A DNA stretch of 64,000 nt, from the NCBI GenBank assembly GCA_964016885.1, contig OZ024741.1:77128001-77192000 (forward strand). Reading direction: 5' to 3'. The position numbers were made by a program, and so were the translations under genes. Below, one piece after another: positions 1 to 12,776 of the stretch. Positions within the stretch are counted from its first letter, which is position 1. Each line of letters opens with the position of its first letter. Below the pieces are notes generated by a model. It ran no database searches. It saw only the letters and a list, made by a program, of their open reading frames with translations, and was not told where the DNA came from. This DNA is from Eledone cirrhosa. Lineage: Eukaryota.

Positions 1-289
1 CCAATTCACCGCCCTGTTGTATATAATTAATCCCGGACAATGCCGCTATTATCCAAAAAGAATAATCACAAAGAGGATACATATAAAAGCATAATAACAA
101 ACAGAAATGAAAACTTCAGAGAGAATAGATCCTACAATCGGGAATACAGAAATAATTTCAGACTGAACCAAAGTCACCATATAAAAAGCATGTTCGAAGA
201 ACAGTACAACATACACATTACGGAAATATACAATAACTACAAAAATATTGATAATAAGAACAATATAGTGGGACCCTATTCTAATAATC

Positions 290-2480
290 GTTTTTAGACA
301 GAAATCATGAGTGCAGGGAAATGAGAAACCGAAAATAATAAATCTACAAAAAAAAAAAAAAAAAATCGTTAACAGCAATACAAACAGATATATTAAGTAA
401 AGGGCAAAAATTTACACCAACTCCCTCAAAACTAAATATACCAGAAATTAAAGATGGTATTTCGAACTTCTGCAGAAGACTAAGACCAGCAGAACAATTC
501 TTTTAAATAGAAAACAACGACAAATCTTTAATTAAACACAAAAGCAAAATATCAACCCCCGAAAAGCAGGAATGTTGCCTTTGATGAATTTTGTGAATAC
601 ATCTCAAATTTTCCAACTAATAAACTGGAAATGTTAAAAAGTCAAACTTCATCAGATAAAAATGGAACAATCTAAACGATCTAAAATCAGATAGAAATAT
701 TGTTATGAAAGGAGGCGTGGTTGTCAATGGATACAAAACATTATACAGAGTATGGGCCAGGAAAATATATGCTATGAAGAAGCTAAAGATTACAAACATA
801 AAAAATGATGAAACACTCCACCGATTTATTACACCTATACCGAAATTATCAAACTGATAAGGAATGAGACTAAATCGACAATTTTAGATGTGTAACAAGT
901 AACATCTATGGACCCCCCCCCCCAAAAAAAAAAACAAGAATAAACTAATTAATGAAACATGCGAATTGTGTGGATATACCCTCACCAATCAACTTATAAC
1001 GAAGACCCATTATAGTAGGCCTGATTTTTGAGACAAATCACCTAAGTAACTTCCTAGAGATCTTATTGAAACTTCTTCTCAAACATATTCAGAGCTTCAT
1101 ACGAGATGATCTAGATATATTTAACCATCTACCAAATAAGGTAAATAAAACCGCCTACATTGTTTCGTTGGATGTTGTGAACCTATATAGCAACATCCCA
1201 TACGACTACGGATCGAAGCTATTAAATACTGGCTCGACTCATTCCCTTCTGAGCTACCAAACTGTATTGAGAGAAAATTCATTATAGATGCTCTTCAGTA
1301 TATTAAAAAAAATAATTATATCATTTCATAAAAAATCCAACAAAAATCAGGAACTACTATTGGAACAAACGTTGCACCAACATATGCCAACCCGGTCACG
1401 GAATACCATGAATTAAAAATCTACAAACAATTCTGGCAAATTTGTGGGGATGAATTCAGCTGTGATATAAAAGAAAACTGGAAAAAGATACCTGGACAAC
1501 TGTTTTATTTTGTGGAAGGAAAATCTTGAGAAACAAAAAAATTTCAAAACAATCAATAATTTAAATTCTAACATCAAATTCACTATGAATTTAAGTAGCG
1601 AAAACTACCCTTTTTACATGAACTAATGTCAAAAAGAAACACAAAACTAGAAAGTGATATGTATTTCGAACCTACGCACACCCGACAAAACCTTCTTTTT
1701 ACATCTTCTCATACAAAATACATTCAGACAAATATTCCATTTAATTTAGCTAAGCAAATCTGTACAATAGCCTCAAATCCAACAAGAGAACACAGACTTA
1801 GAAGAGATGAAAAATACTCAAGAGAAAATATCCTCAGAATCTTGTAGTATTCAAAACGAAAGACACATTAACATCTAGGAACTACGAGAAAAATAAGTAA
1901 GAAAGAAAAAGGTTATGCCATATATTTCAACTTTTAATCAAAGAACAGCGAAATCTACACACACATACAACTAAACCTACCTACTAAAGCGACAAAATGA
2001 AAAACATCTTAGAGAAATATCCAATTGTGAAAAACAGACAAAACCATTAAAAATATATTGACAAATTCAAAGCTGCATACCGTAATTAAAGATCCTGAAG
2101 TTAGAAAATGCAACTGACCAAACTGCAGGGTATGCAGTTACCTATTAGAATGTTCCGAATTTCACTTCAAAGAGGGACCTATTTTCAAGATTAAAAGACA
2201 TCTCCTGTAATTCACACAATTTAATATGAATTGTAACATGTATTGGTTGCCATGCACATTATTTGTCAAACATGTCTGACAATGCGACAACGTATGATAG
2301 TAACTGTCAACAAATTAGGGAATCGTATTCAAGAAAAATTCCTCTGAGTCAAAATATAGAGGGTTTCGGAGGACGAACCTTGCCAAATGTCGATGTCTTC
2401 TCATTCTATCAATGCAGCTATACAATGTCGGAACAACAAAATGAAATTTTGAAAGCTACTCATAGCAAAACTGGTTAGTA
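290..2480 (+). pseudogene. Degenerate Penelope-like element (RT plus GIY-YIG remnants)
   Basis: ORF 1066-1287 has PLE RT motif A (SFIRDDLDIF...SLDVVNLYSNIP). GTNVAPTYAN-like and RYLDNCF-like motifs lie near 1360-1510. The thumb SSHTKYIQTNIPFNLAKQIC is at 1626-1847 and Cys-rich EN remnants at ~2100-2300. Many stops and frameshifts. Confidence 0.8.
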
Positions 2481-2631
2481 CAAAAACTAATTAAACAATA
2501 ATGACTATTTCTATATATAATAAAAAGGTATAATATATTTTGTTTGAACTAATTGCTTTTCGTAGTTTACTGTAATTTTGCATGTATATATAAGAATATT
2601 AGGCACATATTTAAATCTTTATTAATATTTG

Positions 2632-2685
<54 letters not shown>

Positions 2686-2763
2686 CTGATGGTAGCTAAG
2701 ATGATTCCATAGGCGGTATGCCGGTTGAGCACTCTATGCTCTTACAGAGCAGAATATGATATA

Positions 2764-2839
2764 ATATAAAACGAAAAATCAGTGATGCATCTGAACTCAA
2801 TTTATAATAAATTGAGTTCAGATGCATCACTGATTTTTC

Positions 2840-2848
<9 letters not shown>
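2764..2848. repeat. Perfect palindrome (42-bp arms, 1-nt loop) abutting (TA)n
   Basis: atataaaacgaaaaatcagtgatgcatctgaactcaatttat-a-ataaattgagttcagatgcatcactgatttttcgttttatat. Confidence 0.95.
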
Positions 2849-2878
<30 letters not shown>

Positions 2879-3675
2879 GGAAAAAATGAAATTTCATTTC
2901 TCACTCTTAGTACGGCTGATACTTAAATATAAGTATGTATACGTACATAGATATATGTATACAGACGTACAATAGTATGTATATAGATACATACATGCAC
3001 ATATATATATATATGTACGTATGGGTTTACCGAACATTTATTATAATGTTCGGTTTGATTGTAAACAAACAGCCCGTTAGGTAAATCTAGCTTCTTGGGT
3101 TTCTGTAAATCCTTAAACTGTCCTCTATCAGCTCACATAAAAATATATAAGACTTCTAGGTGCCAGCGGACAGGAGTTTACTTCCTCAACGAGCTTTGTC
3201 CAAACGAATGAAAAGGCATAACCCAGGCTAAATACGCACATGGAATTAAGCAAGGGAGATAACCTCTATATCCGCGAAAAATATTCGGGAAAATGTGGAA
3301 ATACACATATCGAATAAGAGTGCTCAATAGACATGTTAAAATAAACAGGAGCTATTCATCATTTAATAGAATCGACAAAAAATGAACAATAAAATTAACT
3401 GGTCAATAGCTAGGTCTAGAGCTAAATATAGTAGAATAATCGAGTATCGAAAAATCGGCGCACGAGTTCACGATAAACAAAATTCGATATGAGCGGCAGA
3501 GGGCTCAATAATTTAGATAAATCAGAGCTATAACTATCGTTAAAATACCGTCACACATAGAACAAGTCTATAATCAACCATACAACCGAAAAATTGCGAT
3601 CTGGAAGATTCGGGACACTATATATATATTTGAGTGTGGTACCAGTACGCACGCACAAACATACTCACACACAGG

Positions 3676-3865
3676 GCGGTGGATTGGCAGTATCGGTAGA
3701 GGGTCGGACGCCGTGCTTTCCAGCATAGTTACGTCCCTTTACGATCTGAGTTCAAATCCCGCCGAGGTTGACTTTGCCTTTCATCCTTACGGGGTCGATA
3801 AAATAAAGTACCAGTAATGCACTGGGTAATTGCTGGCCTTGTGCCTAAGGTAGAAACAATTATAT
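3676..3865 (+). mobile_element. tRNA-derived SINE, octopus-type family. Other full or partial copies at ~28440-28530(-), 38665-38835(+), 39845-39900(+), 40290-40410(-), 40650-40770(-), 42685-42795(+), 49208-49330(-), 53960-54030(+), 60910-61020(+)
   Basis: A box tggcagtatcgg, B box gagttcaaatcc, shared core gccgaggtt(g/a)actttgcctttcatccttacggggtcgataaaataaagtaccag and shared tail ggccttgtgccaaaagtagaaacaatt recur across the window. Confidence 0.85.
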
Positions 3866-4764
3866 ATATATATTTATTTAATATAGAAATGGCTTCTACA
3901 GGACTAGAACAGTTTCATTCGAAGGAAATCATCAGGAAAGCCCTTTCTATATTAAATATTTATGCTCTGCTGTGTATTGAGTACCTTACTTACTGTGGTT
4001 ACCCCCGATTGAACCCGGAACACACACACACACTTATATATATGTAATATGTATATGTGTGTGGTGTGTGTGAGTATGTCTGTGCGTGCGTACTGGTACC
4101 ACACTCAAATGAACCCCATTCACTTTGTCAGGTGGTAGTAGTGGTGTCACGATAAAACGCATTTGGTACACTCCGGTGGGTGGTTGGTGTTAGGAAGGGT
4201 CTACGGCAGCAGAAACCATACTAGAATGGAACGTATGAGCGTGGTAAAGTCCTCTGATCTCTCTCGACCCAGAATAAAACGAAATATAACAAATTAACAC
4301 ACTTGCACACTTATTTTTTCCAGTTCTCGCAGCTCGAATGCCTTAATGCCAACCACAAATAACCCCACCGTTGTAATAACAAGCACCGAAACAACAACAA
4401 CAATAAATAAATAAATAAATGAAGAAATAAAGAAAGAAAAAGAAAGAGAGTCTAAGAGAAATGTGATGGGTTATTTAGTATTTGAAGTGGAGGAATTGAA
4501 ATTAACAATACAGAAAAAAAAAAATTCAATGAAATCTGTGTCAGTGAGTGAATATGAATGAACAAGTCCACATTATTTTCATGTTTAATCATTGGATTAG
4601 TTTTTCTTTTTATTGCAGGTTTCAATCATAAGCTGCGACATGTAAACGAGCATGTGTGTGTGATAGAGAGAGAGAGAGAGGGAGAGAGAGAGAGGTTTAT
4701 TGATTGCCAGCTTAACAGGTTTATATATTCGTTCACTGAGTTTTTAACACTAAAAGTTATCTTG

Positions 4765-4818
<54 letters not shown>

Positions 4819-5127
4819 AAAGCATGTATTGAGTTAGAAACTCAAAATAGTCTCATTACAGTAAAGTTAGCTCTAGGAAAAGTGTTTTTCCGAGCCGTAT
4901 AGTATAACTGAACAAAAAAGAAAAAACGAAGACAATATTAATTTAGGTTTGTTGGTTCATCACTGGATAGAACTGGTAATTGCGTATGGTCAACCTCGAT
5001 GTAATATTATGGCGAGCACTCAACGTAATGCAACTCACCCGTCTTCGTTTGTGTAGTTGGTGGTGCGAGTACGGAGTTAATTATTATAAAATAACAGGAG
5101 GGTGGTGTAAATCCTTGAAAGGTTTAT

Positions 5128-5186
5128 TATACTATGATCATTTCAATGACCGGGTTCAGTATGAATCCGGTGACATCATCAGGTAT
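5128..5186 (-). ncRNA. Minimal type I hammerhead ribozyme (left-arm copy)
   Basis: Reverse complement of the motif at 7596-7653. Confidence 0.75.
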
Positions 5187-5560
5187 TCAAAATATAACAA
5201 AGGAATATAACAGATAAAATCCATGGGGCTGAAAATCAGAGACAAGAGGACGACCGACCATTTAGCAACTTCTACCTCGGTCGACCGCCCTCAAGTGTTG
5301 ATTATTAAGTCTACTTATGACCATCTGGTGAGGGGGCGCAAGCTTATAATGTGCTACTACCTCTCCGTCAAAGAGAAATGTCAGCGTTGACGTCATGCCT
5401 CAATCAAGCTGATCATGCGTGCTCGAAATTGCCGCGAAAAATGTTTTTTTCAAAGAACATATATCTTCAACAAAGACATATATAGTGGGCGTCTGTATGG
5501 CATAATGTGTGGACAGACATTTCGGTTAACTATTAGAAACGTTAAACTTATGTTTAGAGT

Positions 5561-5965
5561 CACAAACATTTTTATTTAACTCTACTGGGATGAAAGAATG
5601 GTATTTAACTAATGTAATGGTACGCGATGGGACCCATCCACAGCCCCGGCGGACAGAATGGAGAAGGCGTTTTCCCGGAGGACGGTCCCGTTCCGCGGTG
5701 GAAAACCCCTCGTCTGGGATGCCACTTGCACCGACACCGTCTGCAGCCGCAACCTGGTGCAGTCTGCGACTGACCCAGGTTCTGCTGCACGTCGGGATGA
5801 GGGGGCCAAACTCCTCAAATACCGGTCGCTCTCCGACAGGTTTGCGGTCGTTCCCCTGGCAGTAGAAACTTCTGGTGTCCTCGGCCCAAGGGCTACCTCC
5901 TTACTCACCACCATAGGCGCTGAGCTGGCCAGCCGTAGGTGTGAGCCCCGCGAGTTGGAGTGGCT
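5561..5965. mobile_element. 5'-truncated, internally inverted CRE-clade non-LTR fragment
   Basis: The plus strand encodes PFRGGKPLVWDATCTDT...CEPRELEWL and the minus strand encodes the C-terminus LRENAFSILSAG. Both match the element at 35380-35961. The fragment is absent from the right arm of the inverted repeat. Confidence 0.85.
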
Positions 5966-7595
5966 TATAGGATGAAATTAGAAAAATAAGGTTTAAGGTT
6001 TGGGTTGTGAGATTTAGTTAAAGAATTTACAGAAGGAGGCTTTTATGAAAAAGTTTAAGTGTATTATAGATAGTCACGATACATTTTCAGGGTAGGATAT
6101 AGAGTAAAGATTAGGCCCTTGCTTAGCGGTCAATAACCAGCGACGACTGCAGACCCCCGGCCAGCCCTCCCTAACTACGTGCCAGCCGTTCCGAGTAATA
6201 TCGTCTAGCGAAAGAAATGGAAATTAATTTTTCCGAGCACTCCAGGAATGTAATTGTCTTAGGCGTCGGGTGTGTTAGCGGAAAGTCCGCCACCGCCGTC
6301 TGGCCATCGTATATACCAAACGATTACTAGTAATTCACACAGGAGGGGGATTTAGTTAAGTGCTAGTAGAGGGAGGCATGATACAGCTAATAGTTATGAT
6401 TAAGCCTAGAATTTAAAGGTACTATTTGGCGGTCAAAGCCGGCGGCACGGCGGGTTCCAAGTCTGACAGAGCCCCAGGGCGAAGCAGCCGTTCCAAGTAA
6501 TTTCATTTACCGAAAGAAGGGGAAATTTATTTTTCCAAGCACTCAAGGAAGGATGATCTACCCGAGCGCCTGGCGTGCAGTCGGGAAAGCCGCCACATCC
6601 GTCGGATCATCGCGTGTTACCAAACGGTTATTAGTTATTCACACCCGTGATGTGAGGTTGAAAGTGGTAAAATCCGATGAAATGCGCAAATAGATTATAT
6701 TTAGTCCCCAGTTAGTCCGAGTTATATGTAATGTGATTCCTGGGTGGGTAGGAGGAGTGAATAAAGATAAACTCGGAACGGCTGCTTCGCCTTGGGGCTC
6801 TGTCAGACTTGGAACCCGCCGTGCCGCCGGCTTTGACCGCCAAATAGTACCTTTAAATTCTAGGCTTAATCATAACTATTAGCTGTATCATGCCTCCTTC
6901 TACTAGACGGCGGTGGCGGACTTCCCGCTAACACACCCGACGCCTGGAGTGCTCAGAAAAATTAATTTCCATTTCTTTCGCTAGACGATATTACTCGGAA
7001 CGGCTGGCACGTAGTTAGGGAGGGCTGGCCGGGGTCTGCAGTCGTCGCTGGTTATTAACCGCTAAGCAAGGGCCTAATCTTTACTCTATATCCTACCCTG
7101 AAAATTTATCGTGACTATCTATAATACACTTAAACTTTTTCATAAAAGCCTCCTTCTGTAAATTCTTTAACTAAATCTCACAACCCAAACCTTAAACCTT
7201 ATTTTTTTAATTTCATCTTCTAACTCTAAACATAAGTTTAACGTTTCTAATAGTTAACCGAAATTTCTGTCCACACATTATGCCATACAGACGCCCACTA
7301 TATATGTCTTTGTTGAAGATATATTTTCTTTGAAAAAACATTTTTCGCGGCAATTTCGAGCACGCATGATCAGCTTGATTGAGGCATGACGTCAACGCTG
7401 ACATTTCTCTTTGACGGAGAGGTAGTAGCACATTATAAGCTTGCGCCCCCTCACCAGATGGTCATAAGTAGACTTAATAATCAACACTTGAGGGCGGTCG
7501 ACCGAGGTAGAAGCTGCTAAATGGTCGGTCGTCCTCTTGTCTCTGATTTTCAGCCCCATGGATTTTATCTGTTATATTCCTTTGTTATATTTTGA

Positions 7596-7653
7596 ATACC
7601 TGATGATGTCACCGGATTCATACTGAACCCGGTCATTGAAATGATCATAGTAT
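7596..7653 (+). ncRNA. Minimal type I hammerhead ribozyme
   Basis: atac-CTGATGA-[tgtcaccggattca tac tgaacccggtcatt]-GAAA-t-gatc-a-TA-gtat. Stem I atac/gtat, hairpin stem II, palindromic minimal stem III, AUA cleavage triplet. Confidence 0.75.
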
Positions 7654-7702
7654 AATAAACCTTTCAAGGATTTACACCAGTCCAGCCTCCTGTTATTTTA
7701 TA

Positions 7703-7781
<79 letters not shown>

Positions 7782-7784
<3 letters not shown>

Positions 7785-8850
7785 AACACATTTTGGAATA
7801 GAATAGAAAGAATTAGGAATAAGGCAAATAAAATAAACTCATGGTATGATAGCAATAAATACCAGAGTGTAATGTTCGACAGTGTAGTGTGAGCTCAGCC
7901 ACCGGACACTAACTTTTCACTATATATATATACAACCCCTAGAGGCGAACTAGCTTACAGATCTAGAAGGGCCCTAGACAAGCTCAAATTAAATATTAAG
8001 ATAGTTGAAAGACCAGGTACTCTCATAAAAACCCTAATTAGCAAAACATACCCATTTCAAAGATCCCCCTGTGCTGATAGGAAATGTATAGTCTGCAAAC
8101 TAAGCCCGAAAATTAACTACAAAACTAGGAACGTAGTATATAGCATAAGATGTACCGAGGGACAGTGTAGGAATAAGAATGTAACATACATAGGTGAAAC
8201 AGCCCGTATCAAGAAAGGATAGTTGAACACTGACGAGAACTCCAGGATGGGAAAAACTCATCAGTACTCCACCAACATGCTAAAGTAGAACATAGGAGAA
8301 CATTAGAGAACATAGAGATAAAAATTATATCCACACACAGAAAAGGTGCAATGCTCAGACAAATCATAGAAGCATCAAATATAAACGAACTCCAACCAAA
8401 ATTAAACAGAAAACATGAGGGGAATAGCAACATCACAACTAGTAATTAAGGACAAAATGAAGACATACAGACACACACAAAAACCAAACTAACAAAACAA
8501 ACCAGATACACACACAGATAGAACAAACAACCAATTAGTGACAAATAAACACACAAATAAATAAGTAAAAACATATACACACCTTGATGTAACGCATGCG
8601 CAAACTAAGCACACAACACACAAAAACAAGATGGTGTAGGACAGAACAAAGGAGAGACACACAAAATAATAACCTAGTCACTGAGGAGGTCACAGAATGT
8701 GTGACGAAAGAACTTTGACAATATATAAACAACCTTCCGGTTATCGAACCAACCAACCGGAAATTTATAATAAATTGAAGTGAAAACTAACAGGTGCGTG
8801 TGTTTTTATTGGCAAAGTGTGTTTTTATTGACCCTTCCAAAGTATAACAA
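7782..8850 (+). mobile_element. 5'-truncated PLE (family B): linker, GIY-YIG and 3' pLTR
   Basis: Homologous to 30290-31500 (WNRIE..NSWYDSNKYQSVMF, YIGETA, SSVLHQHAKVEH). Flanked by (TA)n. A short foreign insertion sits at ~7878-7930. Confidence 0.85.
8677..8719 (+). ncRNA. Minimal hammerhead-like motif in family B pLTR
   Basis: gtca-CTGAGGA-g-gtcaca gaatg tgtgac-GAAA-gaac-TT-tgac. Stem I gtca/tgac. Stem III is very short. Confidence 0.6.
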
Positions 8851-8856
8851 TATATG

Positions 8857-8926
<70 letters not shown>

Positions 8927-9239
8927 GAAGGAAATGTGGTAAGGAACCAGGTGGACCATAACGCACCAAAGTACTCAATACTTAGGGTAGTATATTGATT
9001 GGGAGTTACCAATTAGACTAGTAAGTTTGTATTTTATATGCACACACACACATACCTACCAATACCCCAATCTACCAAGGCTAACACCGGAACACACCGC
9101 ACACGGGCGCGCACACCACATACGCAAGGGAGAGTACGTAACACCCATACAACATAACCTTAACACCTCAACTACACACACTATCTTTGTGATACTCGAT
9201 GAGCTCAGCCACCGGACACTAACTTTTCACTATATATAC

Positions 9240-9280
<41 letters not shown>

Positions 9281-9926
9281 TAAAAGGTAAACAGAAATAG
9301 CAACACAATCGGTACAGTATATGGAAGGAATATATTAGGTTAACGCTTAAATTCAAAATAGGATGCCCACAGGACAAAGACAATGGGGAAAAAACCCGAA
9401 AGGCAGACAGTCCCATCTCCTCAGTCAACCTCTAGAAATCACTACTGTTTCGGTTAATTAATGTCGCTACCATTCATTCCAGTGTACATTCAGACACAAC
9501 AAAACAAGTAGAGACAAATCATACCTTTAGGAAAATTACACAGATACAGAGTGCGCCAGGGCTTACCCAAAGGACGACAAAATATGGAAAGGAGAGAAAT
9601 TTGTAAAATAGAAGAGATTAAAGACTGCAGTCCAACGTGTTGTCAAAGAAGGACAAGGAGACGTAGAAAAGGTAAGAAGGGAGAATAGGGGAAAACATGT
9701 CCGGCAGTGTGATGTCTATTGTATGATAGTTTCAAAAAAGCCAGCATGACCAAGTCTTTAGAATATAAATTCAAAATAGGGTGCGCACAGGACAAAGGCA
9801 ATAAAAAAACGGAAAGACATACAGTCCCATTTGCTCAGTTAACAACTGGAAATCCCTACGGTTTCGACGCATTAAGGTCCATAACGTTCTCTCCAGTGCA
9901 CATTGGGAGACAACAAAGCAGGTAGA

Positions 9927-9970
<44 letters not shown>

Positions 9971-10619
9971 CATACATACATATTTCTCGCATGCTAATGC
10001 CCACGTTTTCCTGTTTGGGGGTTCATATGCCCTCATTTTAGACTATTATCTGTAGTCAATATACGGTGAAAGGTTCTAATTCCATTTTCAATATAGAGCG
10101 CAATTTTTAATAAAGTTTCGTAAATGTGCAACTTAAAACAACATATTTAATAGAAGAATCCAAACATGTGCACGTATGACGACTACTCAATAACTGGCTA
10201 TGGTATGATGATCGGTTCGATTATTTGCCTTTATTGCTAGAATTTTTTTAAATATAGCAGTCACTTCAGGGTTTGATAACTCACTCGGCCCATTTTTTAA
10301 CTTGCCGTCTTACAGTCAACTAAAACAGAAGCCAATTTCTACAAATGATTTTCAATGGCGCATTTAGATATTGTGAATCATTTGGCTATCTTACATAGCC
10401 TAAAGGGCACATCAAGAGGAACATAATGTCATTTCTACAACAAAAAACATCATTTTAAAAAATGATTTTATCAACATAATCATAATGTACACCTTCAAAA
10501 ATGTATCTTTGTAAAACTTCAATAAAAACATTAAAGAAATTGTGAGAAAACGAAGTCAGAAGAGATGCCATAAACTGTAGTTATGTCACCTATAGTTTAT
10601 ATATACATATATCTATTTA

Positions 10620-10960
10620 TCAATGATAGGTTTCTGTCAAAGGTTGAGAAGCGTCTTTCGTTTGCAACGATGTTGCAGTGATGGTCAGGAAAAGTTGAAT
10701 TAGTTTAACAGTTTTAAACATAACAGACAAGAAACCCAATTTATGAAGTAACGCTAAAATGCCATTGATAGACTTAAACTTTTTAAATACATTGTCACAA
10801 TACATATGCCTGAGATCTTTTACTAAGGATTTTCGTTGCGAAGTGTCTATATGTTGAATAGATTTGTATAAACAAATATTTCCAAACATTTTCACATCAA
10901 GTAATTCAACATACAATTTCTCAATGTGAGCAAATCGCTTCTTCAGATCTGAACATTACG
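10620..10960 (-). pseudogene. Possible hAT transposase C-terminal remnant
   Basis: TVKLIQLFLTITATS followed by a frameshifted ERRFSTF-like segment resembles the hAT dimerisation motif (LT.P.TSAS.ERSFS). Confidence 0.45.
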
Positions 10961-11859
10961 TCGTTTTAGGCATATGTAGAACTACATTATCTAATGTACC
11001 AAGCTTATTTTGTCTCAGAACCCTTATCTATACTAGCAGAAAAAAACCACCCTACGGGTGGTTTTCTACTAGCATGTGTAGTGTGCATATTGATATTATA
11101 CGCAAGTATATATGCATGTAGGTACGATACATCAAATAAAATCGTAATTGACAATATCCACAGAAATTGAACGAAGACCGCATTACACTGTCTTATGTAA
11201 TCAGTAACGTAATCCATGATACATTAAAAAAACACGATATTATATATAAACTACATTAGGAGAAAATTAGTGATGGAAATATATGAATGTTTATTTAAGC
11301 GATCGCTAACCCGAAGTGTTGACATTTGAAAATTTTAAAGAAGTGAATCTTTAAATAAACTATAAAATATATTTAATCAATAGCTACGAAATTTAGTAGA
11401 TAAATTATGTAATATTCATTCATTATTTATTCAAAGTAATCCAACTCATTTTACTAATGGGATAAAAAAAATTATAAACCGTACGCAGTCCCGCACTCCT
11501 TACTTTATTATAGTTTAAAATTTTACGGACAATTTCCACCATTCTAATTTTAATAATGAAAAGAGAAAAAAATCCATATATATTAAAAAATTGAGACAAT
11601 TTTTTTTTATTAACATCTATCTTAGATAACTTATCTTGTAGAACCCCAGAATTTTTTCATGTAATCCACTTTGAGAAATGCTGATCTTATGTGATCTTAT
11701 AAGATTTGGCGGCTTTGTTTTTTTAGCAGATCGAGTAAAATATGATATTTACAATAGATGAAATGTGTGTGCTATTTCGTCGACTTCTGAGAAATCTTGA
11801 AGGTTATTTTTGTCGAAGTAAATATTTTGCAATGACATGTAATCAGATAACCGTGGGAA

Positions 11860-12185
11860 GGAACATGAGTAGTTAGGAAATTACAAGTACAATCCATTAA
11901 TGGAACAGTAAAATTATATAAAACATTCCAAAAATCCCGTATCTGATGACTTCATGTACACATGTACAGATACAAAGCATATGCACATGCACACATATAA
12001 CTCAAGACATCCACATCCACACATACAATAACATCCATAGCTACACACACACGAACACATGCAGATATATCTACCTAGTTGATGTTGTGATGTTGTTTAA
12101 ACTCAAATGAGAGAGTTTGTGTCTATGTCAGAAACCGACTCTCTGTTGGTTAAAATTTATAAAAGAAAAACATACATACATACAT
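11860..12185 (+). mobile_element. 3' end of an R4-like non-LTR family terminating in (CATA)n
   Basis: Matches 44250-44590 and the reverse complement of 56050-56250. Confidence 0.7.
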
Positions 12186-12739
12186 ACACAGGTTGTAAGC
12201 CTCATACGCACATACATACATAATGGCTGCATCTAAATTTCGAGAATTCCCATCCCTTGACCTTATTCTCATACATGGGTGACACAGACATGATGTTTTA
12301 GCTCTTCAAGGACTTAGATTCCTTTCTGAATATGCTGCAGCGAAAGAAAAAGAGAAAATGCCATGCTCACACAACACACATGAAAGTCGTTTAGACCAAG
12401 TGATGCCTGCATTTGAAGTTTTTCCAGTGAAGAAAGGCCTTACATTGTACCAATCCCACTCACTAAACAAAAGCGATAACTATCCAAAAAGAACAGATCA
12501 ACATTGGCTACCATCTAGACGCAGGTTTTATATCAAAGTTTTATTTCTCTTGGTAAGATATCCTAAAAAGAACTATGGGTCTCTCACTCCCAGTGGGCTA
12601 ATCGTGCGCTCGGGCACCAAACCGAGTATATACATGCATGATCGCTGTCCCCTCGTTATCGAGTATGGCCAATGCACGAAAAAAAAGATAAAAATAAATA
12701 AAAATAAAATAAAATAAAATAATAATAATTAAATAAATC

Positions 12740-12769
<30 letters not shown>

Positions 12770-12776
<7 letters not shown>

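Larger units (their letters stand above)
5081..7705. repeat. Long inverted repeat of an HHR-bearing non-coding element (left arm ~5081-6495 interrupted by a CRE fragment; right arm ~6775-7705)
   Basis: 5081-5560 is the reverse complement of ~7220-7705. 5970-6495 is the reverse complement of ~6775-7215, with small deletions. The right end abuts (TA)n. Confidence 0.9.

Noticed and set aside
3676-3765. tRNA gene
   Set aside because: A and B boxes are present but there is no cloverleaf; it is a SINE head.
4600-4650. Polypyrimidine tract plus CAG followed by a short open stretch (possible plus-strand micro-exon)
   Set aside because: No homology or partner exons, and the donor is weak.
11033-11070. 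Helitron-like 3' end (CTAG plus hairpin aaaaccaccc/gggtggtttt)
   Set aside because: Plausible, but I could not define a 5' TC end or a second copy, so it is not listed as a feature.
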